Of a stretch of DNA of 64,000 nt, positions 9,956 through 23,376 are shown in pieces. Made by a program: the position numbers and the translations under genes. Within the stretch, counting starts at the first letter, position 1; every line of letters begins with the position of its first letter. The notes under the pieces were generated by a model. It searched no databases and was not told the origin of the DNA. It was given only the letters and a program-made list of their open reading frames with translations. The stretch is taken from contig OZ336878.1 in NCBI GenBank assembly GCA_965287045.1, forward strand, positions 43,586,001-43,650,000, in the 5' to 3' direction. Source of the DNA: Carcharhinus amblyrhynchos (lineage: Eukaryota).

Positions 9956-12510
9956 CCTCCCTGTGTTACTGTTGTTCTGATACGTTGTTGCTCAGCCTGT
10001 TTGCAGTGCAGCAGTAAATGTGGCACCCTGGATGTACATTTACATAATAATTCGTTCCCACACTCTGAGAAATAATGTCATAATATAACAGAAACTTTAA
10101 ATGCAGAGTTGAATGGTCCTACCTTCAATCTCATAGGTACAGTGCAGAGAGTAGTTAGAAAGCCAATCCAAATCTTGTGCACACTAGCTGTAAAGCCTCT
10201 TCTCAAGGTTTTCTCTCCAGATAAAATCTCTTTGGCTTAGACAGATCAGGATTCAATGTATGCATTCTTGGTTTGAATGGTTCTGCTCTGCGTGGGCACT
10301 GCATTTGCTCATCGTGCTGTTGAAGAACAATGAAATTGCTTTCTTTGATTGCTGTATTAGAAAGGGAACTATAATCTGAACATTACTGTCTGTGCTAAGC
10401 TCACAGCAGCAGTCTAGTTGGAATGTTATGAAACAACAATTTACTGAGTCTTGATTAGCCCTCATGTCCCATCTGTCCATTTGGTGAACAGTTCAGAATT
10501 ACTGTACGGTGAGTTTTATAGCTTGAGTGCTGTGGTGCTCCAGATGTGTATCACACTGATTAAACTTGTTATTGTTGGCAGATATCCTCAGTAGCCAGTG
10601 AATGCCCCATATTCCAAAGTTAATGCATTACATGTACATTATTATTCCGAGCTTCCACTACTATACTGCTTTGGCTTTGTGCATGAACCTTGCCTAATTG
10701 GTGGAGGGTAAGGGCTAGAAAATCACTGTGTAGGTGAAAATTAATGGGATGTGGCAAATATCGCTTCAAGCTCTGAAAGGCATTTAACCCATTGACAGCC
10801 AGCGATGAGAAAGGAGCGCCAAACAAAAATGAATTGAAAGACAACCCGATATGCAGACATGGAACAAACCCTTGCAAGTAAATGAGAGAGACGAGAATCT
10901 CACCCATGTTTCATGGGCAGCAACGTGGCTTTGTGTGCTGCTTGTTAAGGATGTGTATGTATACGTGCTTAGTGGTATTCACTCCACAAGAAAGCACAGC
11001 AGGAAGGAATTTGGGTGAATAGGGGTGAGAGACAGTGGTAGCGTTGAAGCAATGAGAAATTAGCAATGCTGCTTCCAGATGTCCCAGATGTCAATGTGTG
11101 AGCAGCAAAGGTTCTGCGTTTCCTAAATCTGCAATTTAATGGCCATAGTGGTGGCCCTTTCCATTGACTGAAAAGTCAGTAGAAACACCGCCAGGGCCAT
11201 TTCCATCAACCTGACAGGATTAAATGTCTATCAAGCAGTCAGCCACCTGTCATCAGCTTTCCCAGGCATTTGATGGTTGGCAACTCGTCAAAGCCAGCTT
11301 TATCACCAGCAGCAATGGCCCCATTAGGATTGCTAGAGGCTGCAACCAGCGATGGAAGCCCGTGGAGAGAGAGTGGGGTGGGATCGCCGGGGCCAGTCAG
11401 GGGGCTGCGTGTGGGGGCTTTGCCAAAGGATGCCTGATTTGGAAGCTTCCGCCCACCCCCCGACCAACTCCTCAGCCCACAGGGAGGCCGTCAGGGTGGA
11501 CTGGCTACCATTCCACGTAGTGAGTCCCACCCCTCCTGTTGGCTAAACACCAGATGCAGTGGGATTAGCTTCTAGTGATCTTTAACTGTTTAGTTGACCT
11601 ATGAGTGGGAAGGCCACACTCTAACCTTCTTGCCCCTTACTTAATTGGTGTGAATTGGGATGACACCAGGTTCCCAGCTCATACTTTCCCACCCAATTAT
11701 ACATTTCCCCCCTTGCCCGTCACCATGTCCTAGTCTCCCACCAGAGTAGGGGAGGGGGAGGGGATTGGGCATTCGCTTCCACCTCACATTTGCAAAGGAA
11801 AGCTTTGATCACAGATCACATTCCATACATTCATGCTCAGATCCTCCAGCACCACCTAGAGCCATCTTATGCTGGACTCCCATTCATTGTCACCTATCGT
11901 AAATAAGCTCTTAAAACAATTTTAAAATAAACTTGTCGTGGAAGAATGACTTGATTTGGCAACTGTTGCTGCTTTGTAGTTGTCCTTTGTTGCTGATATG
12001 TGACACCTGAGCTAATAGAAATGATGCACAAGTGATGCTGCAGTCCAGCACCCAAAAGGTCTTGTTTTGTGGCTGGTGAAATGGGTGCAGAGATGCATGC
12101 AGATGGTGCAAGCAGAATTGCCCTGGATGGCACTCACACTGTCCCCATAAAAGTGCAATGCAACATGCCTAACATGAGCATGGATCATTCACTGTAACAG
12201 CTGACTGACTTTCACAACATCTGGCAATGTTGCATAACACAAGGTGATCTCAGCAGAGAGTAGGCACACACAGCATCTGAGAAATAGCATTCAGAAAACT
12301 GCAATCCCGCTGCAGAAAAGCTGAGACTGCTGTATACACCTGGATGAATAACAGATGTAATATTGACTATCATCGTTGATTTGTATATGAATTGGTTGGG
12401 TGATTTTACTTATGATCTCTTTGTGGGATCTATATGGCTCTTTTACCTCTTATGACCAACAGGTGAGGATTCTATACCTTTTATTAAAGCAATGTTGAAA
12501 TTTTGTACAG

Positions 12511-12640
12511 AATGGAACTGAAGTGGTCCAGAATTGAAATGTCTTCAAGTTGCTACAAAGCCTGTGAAGACATCGGAACTCTCTCCATTAAGGTTACCAG
12601 AAAAGGATACAGTGCTGATCCTTCTTATGTTAACATAAAG
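12511..12640 (+). CDS. FREM1: FREM1-family exon (Calx-beta start)
   Basis: gtacag|A ATG..AAG|gtacag; MELKWSRIEMSSSCYKACEDIGTLSIKVTRKGYSADPSYVNIK; phase 2/0. Confidence 0.93.
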
Positions 12641-13954
12641 GTACAGAATCTACAGTTGTTTACGTCCTTTGTACTATGTTTGAAATTGTTTCAGATTGTT
12701 CTAGTTTTGTCTGCACTTAAAGGTATAGGCTGCAAAGTTGTCTATTTAATTTCACTGCACTAAATATAAAATGCAGTCCTGCTTCAACTTGGAAATAGTA
12801 AGCACGTTTCCCAGAATTTTCTTTGGACTCAAATTTACTGGGAACATTCTCAATATGCATTCCTAACAGGCAAGCTCCAACATGGGAGCATAAGCATTGT
12901 AAAATCAAGTCAAAAAAGATGCGATGTTTGCCCAAACTGATTGAAGAAAGGTGTGTTACAATCTCCGTAGGGATCAATAACTTCAAACAAGAGACAGGAT
13001 TTTATGGCCTCGCTCATCCCAAAACTGTAAAATCCCACCTGAGGTCAATAGACCTCCCATGCTCCGCCTCTCACCTGTTCCTATTCCTGTGGCAGGCGGG
13101 CAGGTAAAATTCCAGCCAAGATTTGAATTCCCAGCAATTAACCACAAGATTTCAAGTTTTAAGACTTTCAATACACTAAACTACAAAAAAAGATATCCCC
13201 CTTTAAGTTTTGAATGTGACTGAAAACCCCATGCTATAATTGTATTTCACTTCAGAGAATTGCACTATTTACAGGAGCCAGTGCAACATCACTCTCCTTT
13301 TCCAACAGTTTTACTTCACCCCGTTTCGAAGCAGTTTCCAGCGAGTATATGCTCAATGGAAAGAAATACTTCTAAATGGCAATGTTATTCAAAAAGACTT
13401 TTGAATAAGAAGGCAAAATTGATGGTGTGAACGTTGAACAAACATCACATTGATACAGCTAGGGTACAGGAAGAGTTGTCTGTGTGAATATTGGATGCTA
13501 CATTTGGGTGCTTACAACAACATCTGCATTTCTAAAGTAACTCATTTGTCAAGATGCGCACCAATTGACCATTGAGATATGATAAGGTGTCATATAAATT
13601 CAGTTGTTTTCTTGGTAACGTTTTTCTAATGGTGTGGTGAACTGAATGCAGTTTAACCAGAGCCTAGCCAACTTACGAGTTCAACATCACTTCCTTTTTT
13701 AATATTCAAAGTTGCTGTATATAAAACTCAAAACCAATTTGCTATTTTCTTGCCTTAACTCTCACCAATGTTGAAATTTGCATCCCTAGATCTCTGTGTT
13801 CCTGTAATCTATTTAGAGTTAGAATTTATTTTTCATTGTCCTTTGTCTCCAAAAAAGTAATTACGTTTTCTGAAATGACAGAGTGCATCAAGACAGAAGT
13901 GAATTATGTATCACATAGTGCACTGAATAACAACACAATGTTTGTCTCCTGCAG

Positions 13955-14027
13955 GTTCAAGGGTTATCAGCTACAATTGGTAGAGACTTCACTCATAGCT
14001 CAGCAAGTTTAATTCAGTTTGATCCTG
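13955..14027 (+). CDS. FREM1: FREM1-family exon (Calx-beta)
   Basis: ctgcag|GTT..CCTG|gtaagt; VQGLSATIGRDFTHSSASLIQFDP; phase 0/1; absent from ORF track. Confidence 0.93.
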
Positions 14028-14229
14028 GTAAGTTACGTTAATAAGATCGGGCACTGTTGAAATATGAGTACAGTATTATTTGTTACCATGGGAATAAAAG
14101 GTTCCAAAGACAGGACTGCTGTTTGTTTCAAGTGTGCATTCTGGGTGACCCCAGGCAGCTGATCCATTTGGAGTACAGTAGTCTCCTGTTACAGAGTGGA
14201 GGTACATGTGGCATATGTCGTAATGATTC

Positions 14230-15262
14230 ATCCAGTGTCAATTTCTCACCTGAAAATTGGACAAGCGCACAAATTTCCTGGCCCACTGCGCTGTTTGAGT
14301 AGCGAAGCAAGCTGGGAAATGTAAGCGGGAAGGCTGTAGTGAGAGTTATGACCAGTAACCAGGCGGTCACAACTCACCCGGGCCATTTTTTTATGGCAGA
14401 ATCAGCCTTGTGCCAGGAAATAGTGCGAGGTTGATTACTGTATTCAAATCTTCATTTGAATGTCATTATACCATCCCGGGCTCACTAATGTGTTCCACCC
14501 CACCAGGGAAGGTTCCCACCAGCGGGAATTAAAGCTGTTCTCAGTCAACCAGGTGTGATGGCCTCACTGGTGGGGGCAGAGGCATTGGAGTCCACTGGAA
14601 GGTCAGGGATAGGGGTTGCCACTTGGGCAGTGCCAGCCTAGCACCCTAGCACTTCCTAGTGGGCATCCTGGCTCTGCCCCCCTAGTACTGGGCCTGAGGG
14701 AGGCAGGGCTTTCTGAGTGTGGGAGTGGGGGTTACTGGTGTGGGATGAGGGAACCACAGCGCACTCTGCACAGCAATTGGTGGGGGGAGGGAGAGAGGGG
14801 CAATCAGGGTTGGCCATAGGGAGGGAGCGTCCAGAGCTGGCCATGGGGAGGGGCATGATAGGAACTGGCCATAGGGAGGGGTTTGTTGGGCTGGCTATCA
14901 GTAGAGAAGTGTCAGCAATCGGGTTGGGGTTTGGGGAGGCTGGTGATGTGGCTGAGGGGATCGGGGGGCTCAAGATTGGGGGGAACAGCAATCGTTGGGA
15001 TGGGGAGGATTCGGGGAAGCCGTTGGGAGGCTGGCGATCAGGAGGCTAGCGATGGGGGACACCCAGCACGCTGATGCCAGCCTCCCGGGTGAGAATAGGC
15101 CTCCCACCCCTCCCCCGCCAGCGTGAATTTCCCAACAGACTCTGTGAATCACAGAGTGCCGGAAATTCACCTGATCAAATGCTCCCAAAAAAACGAATGG
15201 GAAAATCTCTTGCTTTCCTGCTGGTTGGGCACTTAGTATTTTCTGGGGGGACAGTCGCCCCT
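14230..15262. mobile_element. Degenerate GC-rich MITE-like element
   Basis: G-rich interior and 'cacttag..ttttctggg..agtcgcccc' end resembling 5547-6635; left boundary uncertain. Confidence 0.4.
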
Positions 15263-15425
15263 ACATTTTGAGGCTAGTGCGCCTAGGGACATTTGTTCTG
15301 CAAATTAATTAATGAAATATCACACATACCAGGCACATCCCTTCTTTGCTAAAGTTGGACTGAAAAGCATTCAGTCCAGATGAGCCATAAATGCAAACCA
15401 ACAAGCTGATTCATTTGACCTAAAA

Positions 15426-15572
15426 CAGGGGTCTCCAAACTACGGCCCGCAGCAACAAATTTTATTCATTCATTTATAAAACTTCATTTATAAAAATTCA
15501 TTTATTTTTGGCCCGCGAAAATGTGTAAAATATATGCTGTGGCCCTCATACTGAGAAGTTTGCGGACCACTG
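15426..15572. mobile_element. hAT-Charlie-like MITE
   Basis: TIRs 'caggggtctccaaact'/'agtttgcggaccactg'; perfect 8-bp TSD ACCTAAAA (15418-15425, 15573-15580). Confidence 0.85.
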
Positions 15573-18476
15573 ACCTAAAAGAACAGGAATAAACAGAATG
15601 AATGCAGTCAATTTCTTGTGTTTCATGTAAAATAACAAATAACGCTACTAATAAGCTGTGCATGACCCCAATTTCATCCAAATGTTCCAAAGCTAACTGG
15701 TCCCCAACTTTTGTTACAAGCTGCATCTGTTCACGTGCCCATCAGGTATCCCTGATAGGAAAAGATAAAGCAAACTGTTCGTGGTGTAATATTGAGGGAC
15801 TGGGTTGGCATGTTAACCATCAATTAAAGGTGCTACTCTGAAAGGCCCTTTTCCTGAAAGTGGGAGCAGGAATCACCAAATTGTCTGCATTAAGGAAGCT
15901 TCTGGCTAGCCATCTGGACAAAGATGACACCTAATGGTGTGAAATGCTTAAGATTGCTGATAACCATCCCTTCTTTGTTTACAAATTAACATTCCAAATG
16001 TGATTGATTTTAATTTTATAATAAGAGGCTAACTATAACATTACATAAATATTATAAATGAACAAAATTGAGTTTGAACAATACAGGCTAAAGTCCAAAT
16101 TGGTGCACTCGCACATCAAAAAGTGCTGCTTTCTCACAAAATACAATGTAAGTAGTCAAAATATGAGAACTTTGGAATTAGAAAAGAAGAAATGAGGTGA
16201 CAACAAGCAGAGCAGACTATTCAGCCATTCTAAAAAGCATCTTAGCCTTCAAATGCTCACACCTTCAGATAGAATTTTAAGGATGGTGAGCAATCAGCAC
16301 TCGCCATCCTGAGAGTTGGCGTGTAACCCACTCTCGGAAGTCCGTTGCCATTTAACGCTCACTTGAGCATTGATTGGCAGTGTGTCGGACTTCCGTTTGT
16401 CGTTGGAAGGAATTCCTATCCATGCGAGCTGTCCGCCAGTTAGATTGGCAGACAGCTCTGTAATCCGACCAGGCACACTGCTGCAATGGCCAGAACATTG
16501 TATGTTTTCAAGTAGCAGTTAAAGGTAGCACTTGATGCAAAGGGGATCAAAGGATATGGCGGAAAGTGGGATCAGACTATTGACTTGGAAGATCGGCCAT
16601 GATCAGAATTAATCATTGCCATTTCGAAGGGCCAATTGGTCATCTGCTCCAATTTTCAATGCTTCTATGTTTCTAAAAGGTACTGCAGCACTCTGCAAGA
16701 AAGTCACGTCCTGGGATTGCTGGAGAGGTAAATCATCAGAACAGGAGAGTAGGGGACATCCTGGGGGGATCAGCGAGGGAGGCCACAATTGCAGCATTGG
16801 AGGGTAGGCCAGAAAGGGAGGGAGACCAGAAGCTTCAAACTTCCAGAGGGGAGGCGTTGGGTCCATTTGTTCCTTTGAACAGGAGAAGGGAGTGCACTGG
16901 TATGGGGTTTTAAAATGAATTTCTTTTATTGAACAGAATTTAACATGACAGAAGCGAAAAGAAAAAGCACACTTTGGCTTTGAAACAAGCCAAGCCCTGT
17001 ACTATACACCCTGAACTGAGCCTGAACGGGATCTTGAAAACAAATGAAGACTGAACATACAGTTCCAAACAATATTTCAATCCTTATCTCGTGTTTGGAA
17101 ATTTTTCTTGCAGTCTGTCTCTGTCTGGAAAAAAGACAATTCTTCCAGCTGCTGTTGTTTGCCTGAATTGTGTAATCTTCAGTGATGCGGTCAATTTTCA
17201 GCCAACCCAGCATGCCTTCTGAGTTTTAAAATGTAGTCAAGTTAGCAGTCAATTTTTTAAGCTTAGCAGCGTTAGTTACAAAGGCAAAAGTATCTTAAAA
17301 TGAAGTCTTTGCATAGACTGAAGAAAACAGGGCTAAACATACATAGGATCCCTCAGGAGGCTAACCGAAATCTGAAGGATTTCAAATTGAAGTGTCCCCC
17401 CTAAACCCATCTCTCCATCCAGGATGCAGAGAAGCTTTTTTTCTCAGTTTTCCAGCATACCCACGTCAGCCAGCCTAAAAGGGGAAAGCCTTTAAGTGGA
17501 CCTTATAGGACTTTAATAGGTGAAAGGGCAGATTTCCTGCCTGAGGACCTTCCCACCGCATCCTAAAATTGTGTCTGGGTTTGGAGAGGGGAGCAGGCTC
17601 CTGGGGAAACGCTGACCTTTTAATTAAACACTCCCCCCATCCTGCCTCAGAACCCATCACTGGGGGAGTGGAGGGGGTGTAAATTTTGTCATTTTAATTC
17701 TTACCCATGTCCCTCATTCAACAAGGTAATGTGTCCAGGGGGTTGCAATGCTCAAGGTTCTCATTCAACAAAGGGGAATGCTCACAGGTAGAGGGTGTGC
17801 ATGGCAACACAGTGTTATTTGTGTCCAAGGCAGCAGTGAGGCCAGTATGTGTGAAGTGGGAGGGAGGGGTGAGGACAATGATGTCCGGGTCACTGGGGGA
17901 TGGGGAGGCCAGCAATGTCTGGATTATTGGGGGATGGGGAGGCCAGCAACATCGGTAGGGGACAGGGAGGTGGGGAGGGGTGAGAGGCCAGCAATGTCTG
18001 TGGGAAGTTGTGAGGGGCAATAGGGGGTGGGGAGATGAGAGGTCAGCGAAGTTTGTGGGGGATGGGATGGGTGGGTGGGTGAGTGGCCAACAGTCTGTGG
18101 GGGGGAGTTGAGGCCAGCTATCTCAATACTGGGAGGATTTTTTAGTGATCTTCCAGAGATGTGTGCATGCATGGGGTCCTGCTCATCATGCCGATTTCAA
18201 TTTCTTCAACGACAATAGCTCCCCACCCTGGTTTTTAATGATAATCACACGAGGCCTCTGCATTGGACAAAGTGCGGGAGATTCATTTTGGAAAACCCGC
18301 TTTAAAAAACCAGTGTGATTTACTCCAGATTTCACACAAATTCGGCACTTAGAGTTGTTTTTGGAGAACTCTGGTACTCTGTCATGTAAGCAATGTGTAA
18401 ACATGGAATTTGTTGAAGAATGCAAAATCTATTGTGTAAAGTTGTCTCGTGATTAAAGCTTCATCTTTGAATGCAG

Positions 18477-18626
18477 GTGTATCTCTGAAGGTTTGGAACA
18501 TTTTCATTAAAAATGATGGACTTGAAGAGAACAATGAAAAGTTGAAAGTAGAGCTAAAGACACCAATCAATGCCATCATTGGACTGAAGGACAACTCTTT
18601 GGTGGAAATTATAGATTTGCGTGGAG
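18477..18626 (+). CDS. FREM1: FREM1-family exon (Calx-beta end)
   Basis: atgcag|GT..GGAG|gtacaa; VSLKVWNIFIKNDGLEENNEKLKVELKTPINAIIGLKDNSLVEIIDLRG; phase 1/1. Confidence 0.93.
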
Positions 18627-19599
18627 GTACAAGTTTTAAATGTCACAACTAATGCACTAAAAACAAGTTACATTTATATAAAGCTGCATCAATTTGCATT
18701 TATATAGCAAACTCTGCAACAAACAATATTTTGACCACCTTCTCTCTTTTTCAAAATCTAATTCCTGCCTCTGAATTTCCATCCTTTTCTTCCTGACTTC
18801 TGCAATGCACCCCCCACAACCCGCCCAAGACATCCGATATCCTGAGTTTCCCAGTTTCTCCCTGGACGCATCCAACAATCCATCCCATGACTGCCTGACC
18901 CTGATCTATGTCCTTGCACCCCTCAAGCTCTCCAATCTCCACCCCCTTACTCTTTAGGATTGCTATTACCCCAACTGTTCAGCTATAAGGCCTCTGATTC
19001 CTCACGCTCAGGTTTCCGATCTCCTCCCCACTGGTACTGGCAGTCCACCTCGTAAAATTCATACTCCTGTGCCCCACCCTGCCCCAATTCACCATCTCCT
19101 GCCCCTTTATCTACTCCATTCTCCGAATCAAACCCCATGCAACTGCCCCCCCCCCCCAAATGAAGCTCCTCTGCCCCATCCTCCTTCGACCCCCTGCTGA
19201 GGTGAACACCCTCTACGCCTGATTGTTTCCTCTCCCCACCATTCTTGACCAAACTCCCGACCGAGTCTGATTGAATCACCTATTCCACCACATCCCAAGT
19301 TGGATAACTCCCTGCACTCTCCCTGGTCCCCATTGCAAACTTATCAGCTGTTACCGAGCCTTCACCAACTTTCTCCCCATCCGAATGGAAGATTGGTGGC
19401 TTCTAGGTCGGGAACCCATAGCATGTGGAGAAATCCTGAATTACTGTTGCTGCACAACTTTCTGATTAACCCATTCGCTGCTTGTCAGGTAAGCAAACAA
19501 CCCTCCCATTGATTTTAGTTATAATAGCTGACAACAGGATTAAAGGAGATGTATTACATTAAGTAATAATGAAATGAGGTATGATTTGTTCACCTATGC

Positions 19600-19848
19600 C
19601 ATATGTGGAGTTTGCACATTCTGCCTGTGTCTGTGTGGGTTTCCTCTGGGTGCTCCGGTTTCCTCCCACAGTCCAAAGAGGTGTGGGTTAGGTTGATTGG
19701 CCAAGCTAAATTGTCCCTTAGTGTCAGGAGAACTAGTTAGGGTATTTGCATGGGGTTATGGGGAAAGGCCTGGATGGGATTGTGGTCAGTACAGTCTTGA
19801 TGGGCTGAATGGCTTCCTTCTGCATTGTAGGATTTTGTGATTCTATGA
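19600..19848 (+). mobile_element. V-SINE (HE1-like), 5'-truncated, CR1-type tail
   Basis: V-domain plus 'ggcttccttctgcattgtagg..ttctatg'. Confidence 0.8.
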
Positions 19849-20392
19849 AACATACCACCAGCTCTTTGTTTATTTATTTATTGATTTCTCATTTCGTTCT
19901 CATAAAACAAAGTCTATTTTTTAACACTTCTACTTTGGAGTTAAAACTTTGATGAACTTTTAAGCCAAATGGCTTTTTCTTTTAAAGGGAATTCTTCTCA
20001 CCTTGTATTAATCCAGATTTACTTGTTTTACTCAATGACTTTCATTGTTTGAAAACTGGTTTCTAGGCAGAGGAGAGGAGCCCTCCATGAAATTTTGAGG
20101 AAGCCTATTAACATCTCAGGGCAAAGTTTCTTGTTTCAGCTCCAGGGACTATTGGATCATTCAGGTGCAGCAACAAAGTGAAAACACGGTTTGGGAAAAG
20201 TTTAAGTTCATCCAACTTTCAGTTTATTAATTTAAATTGGTAGACAGTCAGCAAGGTTCCGCAGTTCCTCCCACTCGACCATCCTGTAATTGCATGACCT
20301 GGCAGTCCAATTGTCTCATGTGCGATAAGAGAAAAATCTGTTCCACAAAGTCTGGTCTGCATGGGCAAATTTATTAAATTGTGTCTCTGCAG

Positions 20393-20697
20393 GCAGATGT
20401 GATGGAGTGGACTTGGGAAGCAATGAAGAGGATTTTAACAGTCAGGTGGACAGTGGTGTAAGCGAACTTCCAAAGACATCTGTCAAATTGCCCATTGATG
20501 AAAGAGAAGGAATATTCAATGAGGAAGAAAGATTATTGACAGAGCCCGGGCTGTCCCAGGATCGCCATACTTCCCCTCCCAGGGGTGATGTCCCTCAGAC
20601 TGACCATTATTTGGACTACCATGGAACATTGATCAGAGATGGTGTTTCTCCAGTAACACCCAGAGCACAGCTTCAGGCTATTGGAAGCGGCAGAGTG
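20393..20697 (+). CDS. FREM1: FREM1-family exon (linker with RGD)
   Basis: ctgcag|GC AGA TGT..AGAGTG|gtatgg; RCDGVDLG..PPRGDVPQ..QLQAIGSGRV; RGD at 20581-20589; phase 1/0. Confidence 0.85.
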
Positions 20698-20921
20698 GTA
20701 TGGAAGAATGGAGAATTCATATTGAAAGAATTGTTTGATTGCTCTTCACATTGATTTTCTTTTATTTGAAATGTGTATTTAGATACTGTAATCTCTGAAT
20801 TGTTGTAAAAATATGGAATTAAATGGGCAAAATGATACTAATTTGACATTAGTATCTGTTTTACATCATTCATCCTGGTGATTATAAAGCTGTGACTAAT
20901 TTAACATGCAATTATTTGTAG

Positions 20922-20969
20922 GTTCCTCCATCTTCAATTCAGAGAACGAATGGGGAGATTGTGTGGACA
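20922..20969 (+). CDS. FREM1: FREM1-family 48-nt exon
   Basis: ttgtag|GTT..ACA|gtaagt; VPPSSIQRTNGEIVWT resembles FREM1 VRPSSVYRNGTDIIYN; phase 0/0. Confidence 0.88.
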
Positions 20970-21131
20970 GTAAGTTTTTCTGAAAATACGAATATTTATT
21001 CCTCAGCAATTTTTTTGAGAAGAGCTTAACATTTAAAGAGTTACATTAGAGGGAGGAAAGGTGAATAATGGCAAAAGAATAGAGACAATTGATGTTGGGG
21101 AAGTTTATCATGATTCTTTACTCTTTTACAG

Positions 21132-21281
21132 TACCATGGGATGGTGCCAATACGAATAGAAGAGAAAAAGGTTCCTGTCTCCCCCGAGTTCCCATTCCGT
21201 CCAATTCAGGGACAGGACCTGCTCCAAAGAGACTTTCCATCTGTAGCTGAAAATACTCAATCATTCAGCAACAAAGACCAG
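21132..21281 (+). CDS. FREM1: FREM1-family exon
   Basis: ttacag|TAC..CAG|gtagat; YHGMVPIRIEEKKVP..SNKDQ resembles YHGIVSLKLE; phase 0/0. Confidence 0.85.
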
Positions 21282-22609
21282 GTAGATTTTTTCACTCTGT
21301 ACAACTCACTGTAGCCACAGGAGGGATTCACATCTTTTCCCAGAGTGATTCTTAATACTATTTTCTTCGGTCATTAAAGCAGGACTTTTGGTATTTGTTA
21401 CTCACGGCATGAAGGAGAAAAAATATTTGCCAGTCCTTTTTTTTGCACTCTTCAGTAGTCTTGGTGCCAGATATGCTGTTGTTAAATGGGAGATTCAGCG
21501 GGACTTTGGAGGGAACAGAGTCTCTGCCCACCTGTAAGAAGCACAGTGCTATACCAAAGGGGGTGGAACTTTTCCGTCCTGCCCTTCAAGGCAATTGAAG
21601 CAGGCAGGGAGTGGACCACGCAAAGGGCCTTTGACTTTTGACAAGAATTTCCAGTTTTGGGGTGAGCACAGCTAAAAAATCCTGCCTGGCAACTCCGATC
21701 ATAAGAAGTTCCCAGGCCTTCCAGCTTGTGAGACATTGCCAGCTATTCAGTGGTGAGACCAGGTTTACCAGGCAGCCATAGCAAAGCAGCTAACATTTTT
21801 TCACGTTGTCAATACTTTTGCAGTGCTTCAACCTTCTGTTTTTTGGGGGAATGGGGGATTGTGAGTTATTGGGATCCCACCCTTAGAATCAGGAAGTTGT
21901 GCTAGAATCCCAATCCTTTTGATTAGGACAGGCCTTGAGATGTTCTTCCTGATGACAAAGGTCCTCATCAGCCCCACAGAATGCAAAGAATTTCCCCTCA
22001 GCCCTGATAGTTCACCAAGGCCAGCAGCAGGAGTTTCTGCTGGATTGATGCTGGAAGATGTGCCAGGGCGACAGGCCTACTCATTATCAGGGTGTATAGT
22101 TTGAGTGAAGTCAAATACCTGAATTAAACTTGCAATGTCATCTCCTCCTTCTTTCGTATGGCTTTAGGAGCAGAAGCTGTCTTCACAGTTTTAATGTGAA
22201 ATTTCTTAACCAATGTAATGCTTTGCTGCTGAACAAATGTCGCCTTCAAACCCAAGTTAGGAACAAGATGTAACTATATGCAACATGGTTTGGTCAGGTT
22301 TTCTGCAGTCACAGCCAGACGAGGTTTTGCAATGTGATTTGTATATCAGGTGGTCACATCAACCATATCTGGTCCATATTCTATTGACTATCAACCATTT
22401 GCTTCATAGGACATAATGGTTCAAGATAATAGCCTGGAATTTTAGACTTGAAGGTACCAGGAATCAGGAAAAGAATGGGATTTTCAGAGCGGGGAGCCCC
22501 GAGAACTGCTTTTGCGCCAGCCAATGTCAGGAAATGGTGAGAGGCAGCCATAAGGGCTGCTAGGTGCTGAGGTAGGCTATTTAAAAGACCCCCCCCCCAC
22601 CCCCCTGCC

Positions 22610-22912
22610 CACATCTTCATCTGTCACAGCTTACCCTCTGATTTCAGTTTCTCTGCCATTCACACCCTTTATTCTCTCTATAGACTGCCATTAGCAGCAC
22701 TTCACCCTGATTTCTGTGGCTATGACTCAGTCCATCACCCCACAGTAAAAATATCTCCCACTTTCTATGCCTTTTAGCTTTGACAAAGGATCATCTGGAC
22801 TCGAAATGTCAGCTCTTTTCTCTCCTTACAGATGCTGCCAGGCCTGCTGAAATTTTCCAGCATTTTCTCTTTTGGGTTCAGATTCCAGCATCTGCAGTAA
22901 TTTGCTTTTATT
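22610..22912 (+). mobile_element. Penelope-like element 3' terminal repeat (family 2), degenerate
   Basis: 'ttgacaaaggatcatctggactcgaaatgtcagc..cagatgctgccaggcctgctga..ttcagattccagcatctgcagtaatttgctttt'; reverse fragment at ~1795-1860. Confidence 0.6.
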
Positions 22913-23376
22913 TAAAAGACTTCCCTTGGCACTGTGAGAATTGGTTTCAGTGAAAATAAAAACGGAATGGCCCTCCCTTTCACACCCTCCTCACCTCCCA
23001 CACATTTCACATGGCTCCCACCCATATTCAATGGTCCCTCATGTTCCCCATGACAAGCTATATGGATTTCTAAACTCTCAACAAAGTCTTTTTCTCTATT
23101 CTTGGTCAAGGGTTTGGAAATCCATTAGGATACTAGAACACTTAGGTCCCAGAGGAAACATAGCTTGATTGAGAACTCCAGCTCTCTGATTTGTGATATC
23201 AATGCAGAAGGTACAGAGGTTTCAACTGCTTGCAGCTTCAGCTGCAGAAACTTAAAAAGGCCTGGATGATACTTCTATTGCCCTATAAAATAACTTTTCT
23301 TTAACATAATGAAAGTTTACGAATGAAGGGGAGACTTATTAAAGCTTTTTTGTTTGCACATCCAGTGTCACCATAT

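Larger units (their letters stand above)
4555..10090 (-). mobile_element. Decayed non-autonomous Gypsy-type LTR element: LTR-gag-protease-CEP83-like insert-LTR
   Basis: TG..CA termini with TSD GAAAC (4550-4554, 10091-10095); degenerate direct repeats 9729-10090 and 4555-5524 (each interrupted by a younger insertion); PBS-like TGGCAACAGTGGACGG at 9728-9713; PPT GAAAGAAAGGGA at 5536-5525; gag and protease remnants. Confidence 0.8.

Noticed and set aside
18760-19500. C-rich tract as exon or defined element
   Set aside because: Only weak resemblance to an old L2 LINE; not enough to call
22778-22820. Hammerhead in family-2 Penelope repeat
   Set aside because: Core decayed (UUGACAA instead of CUGAnGA) and stems do not pair well
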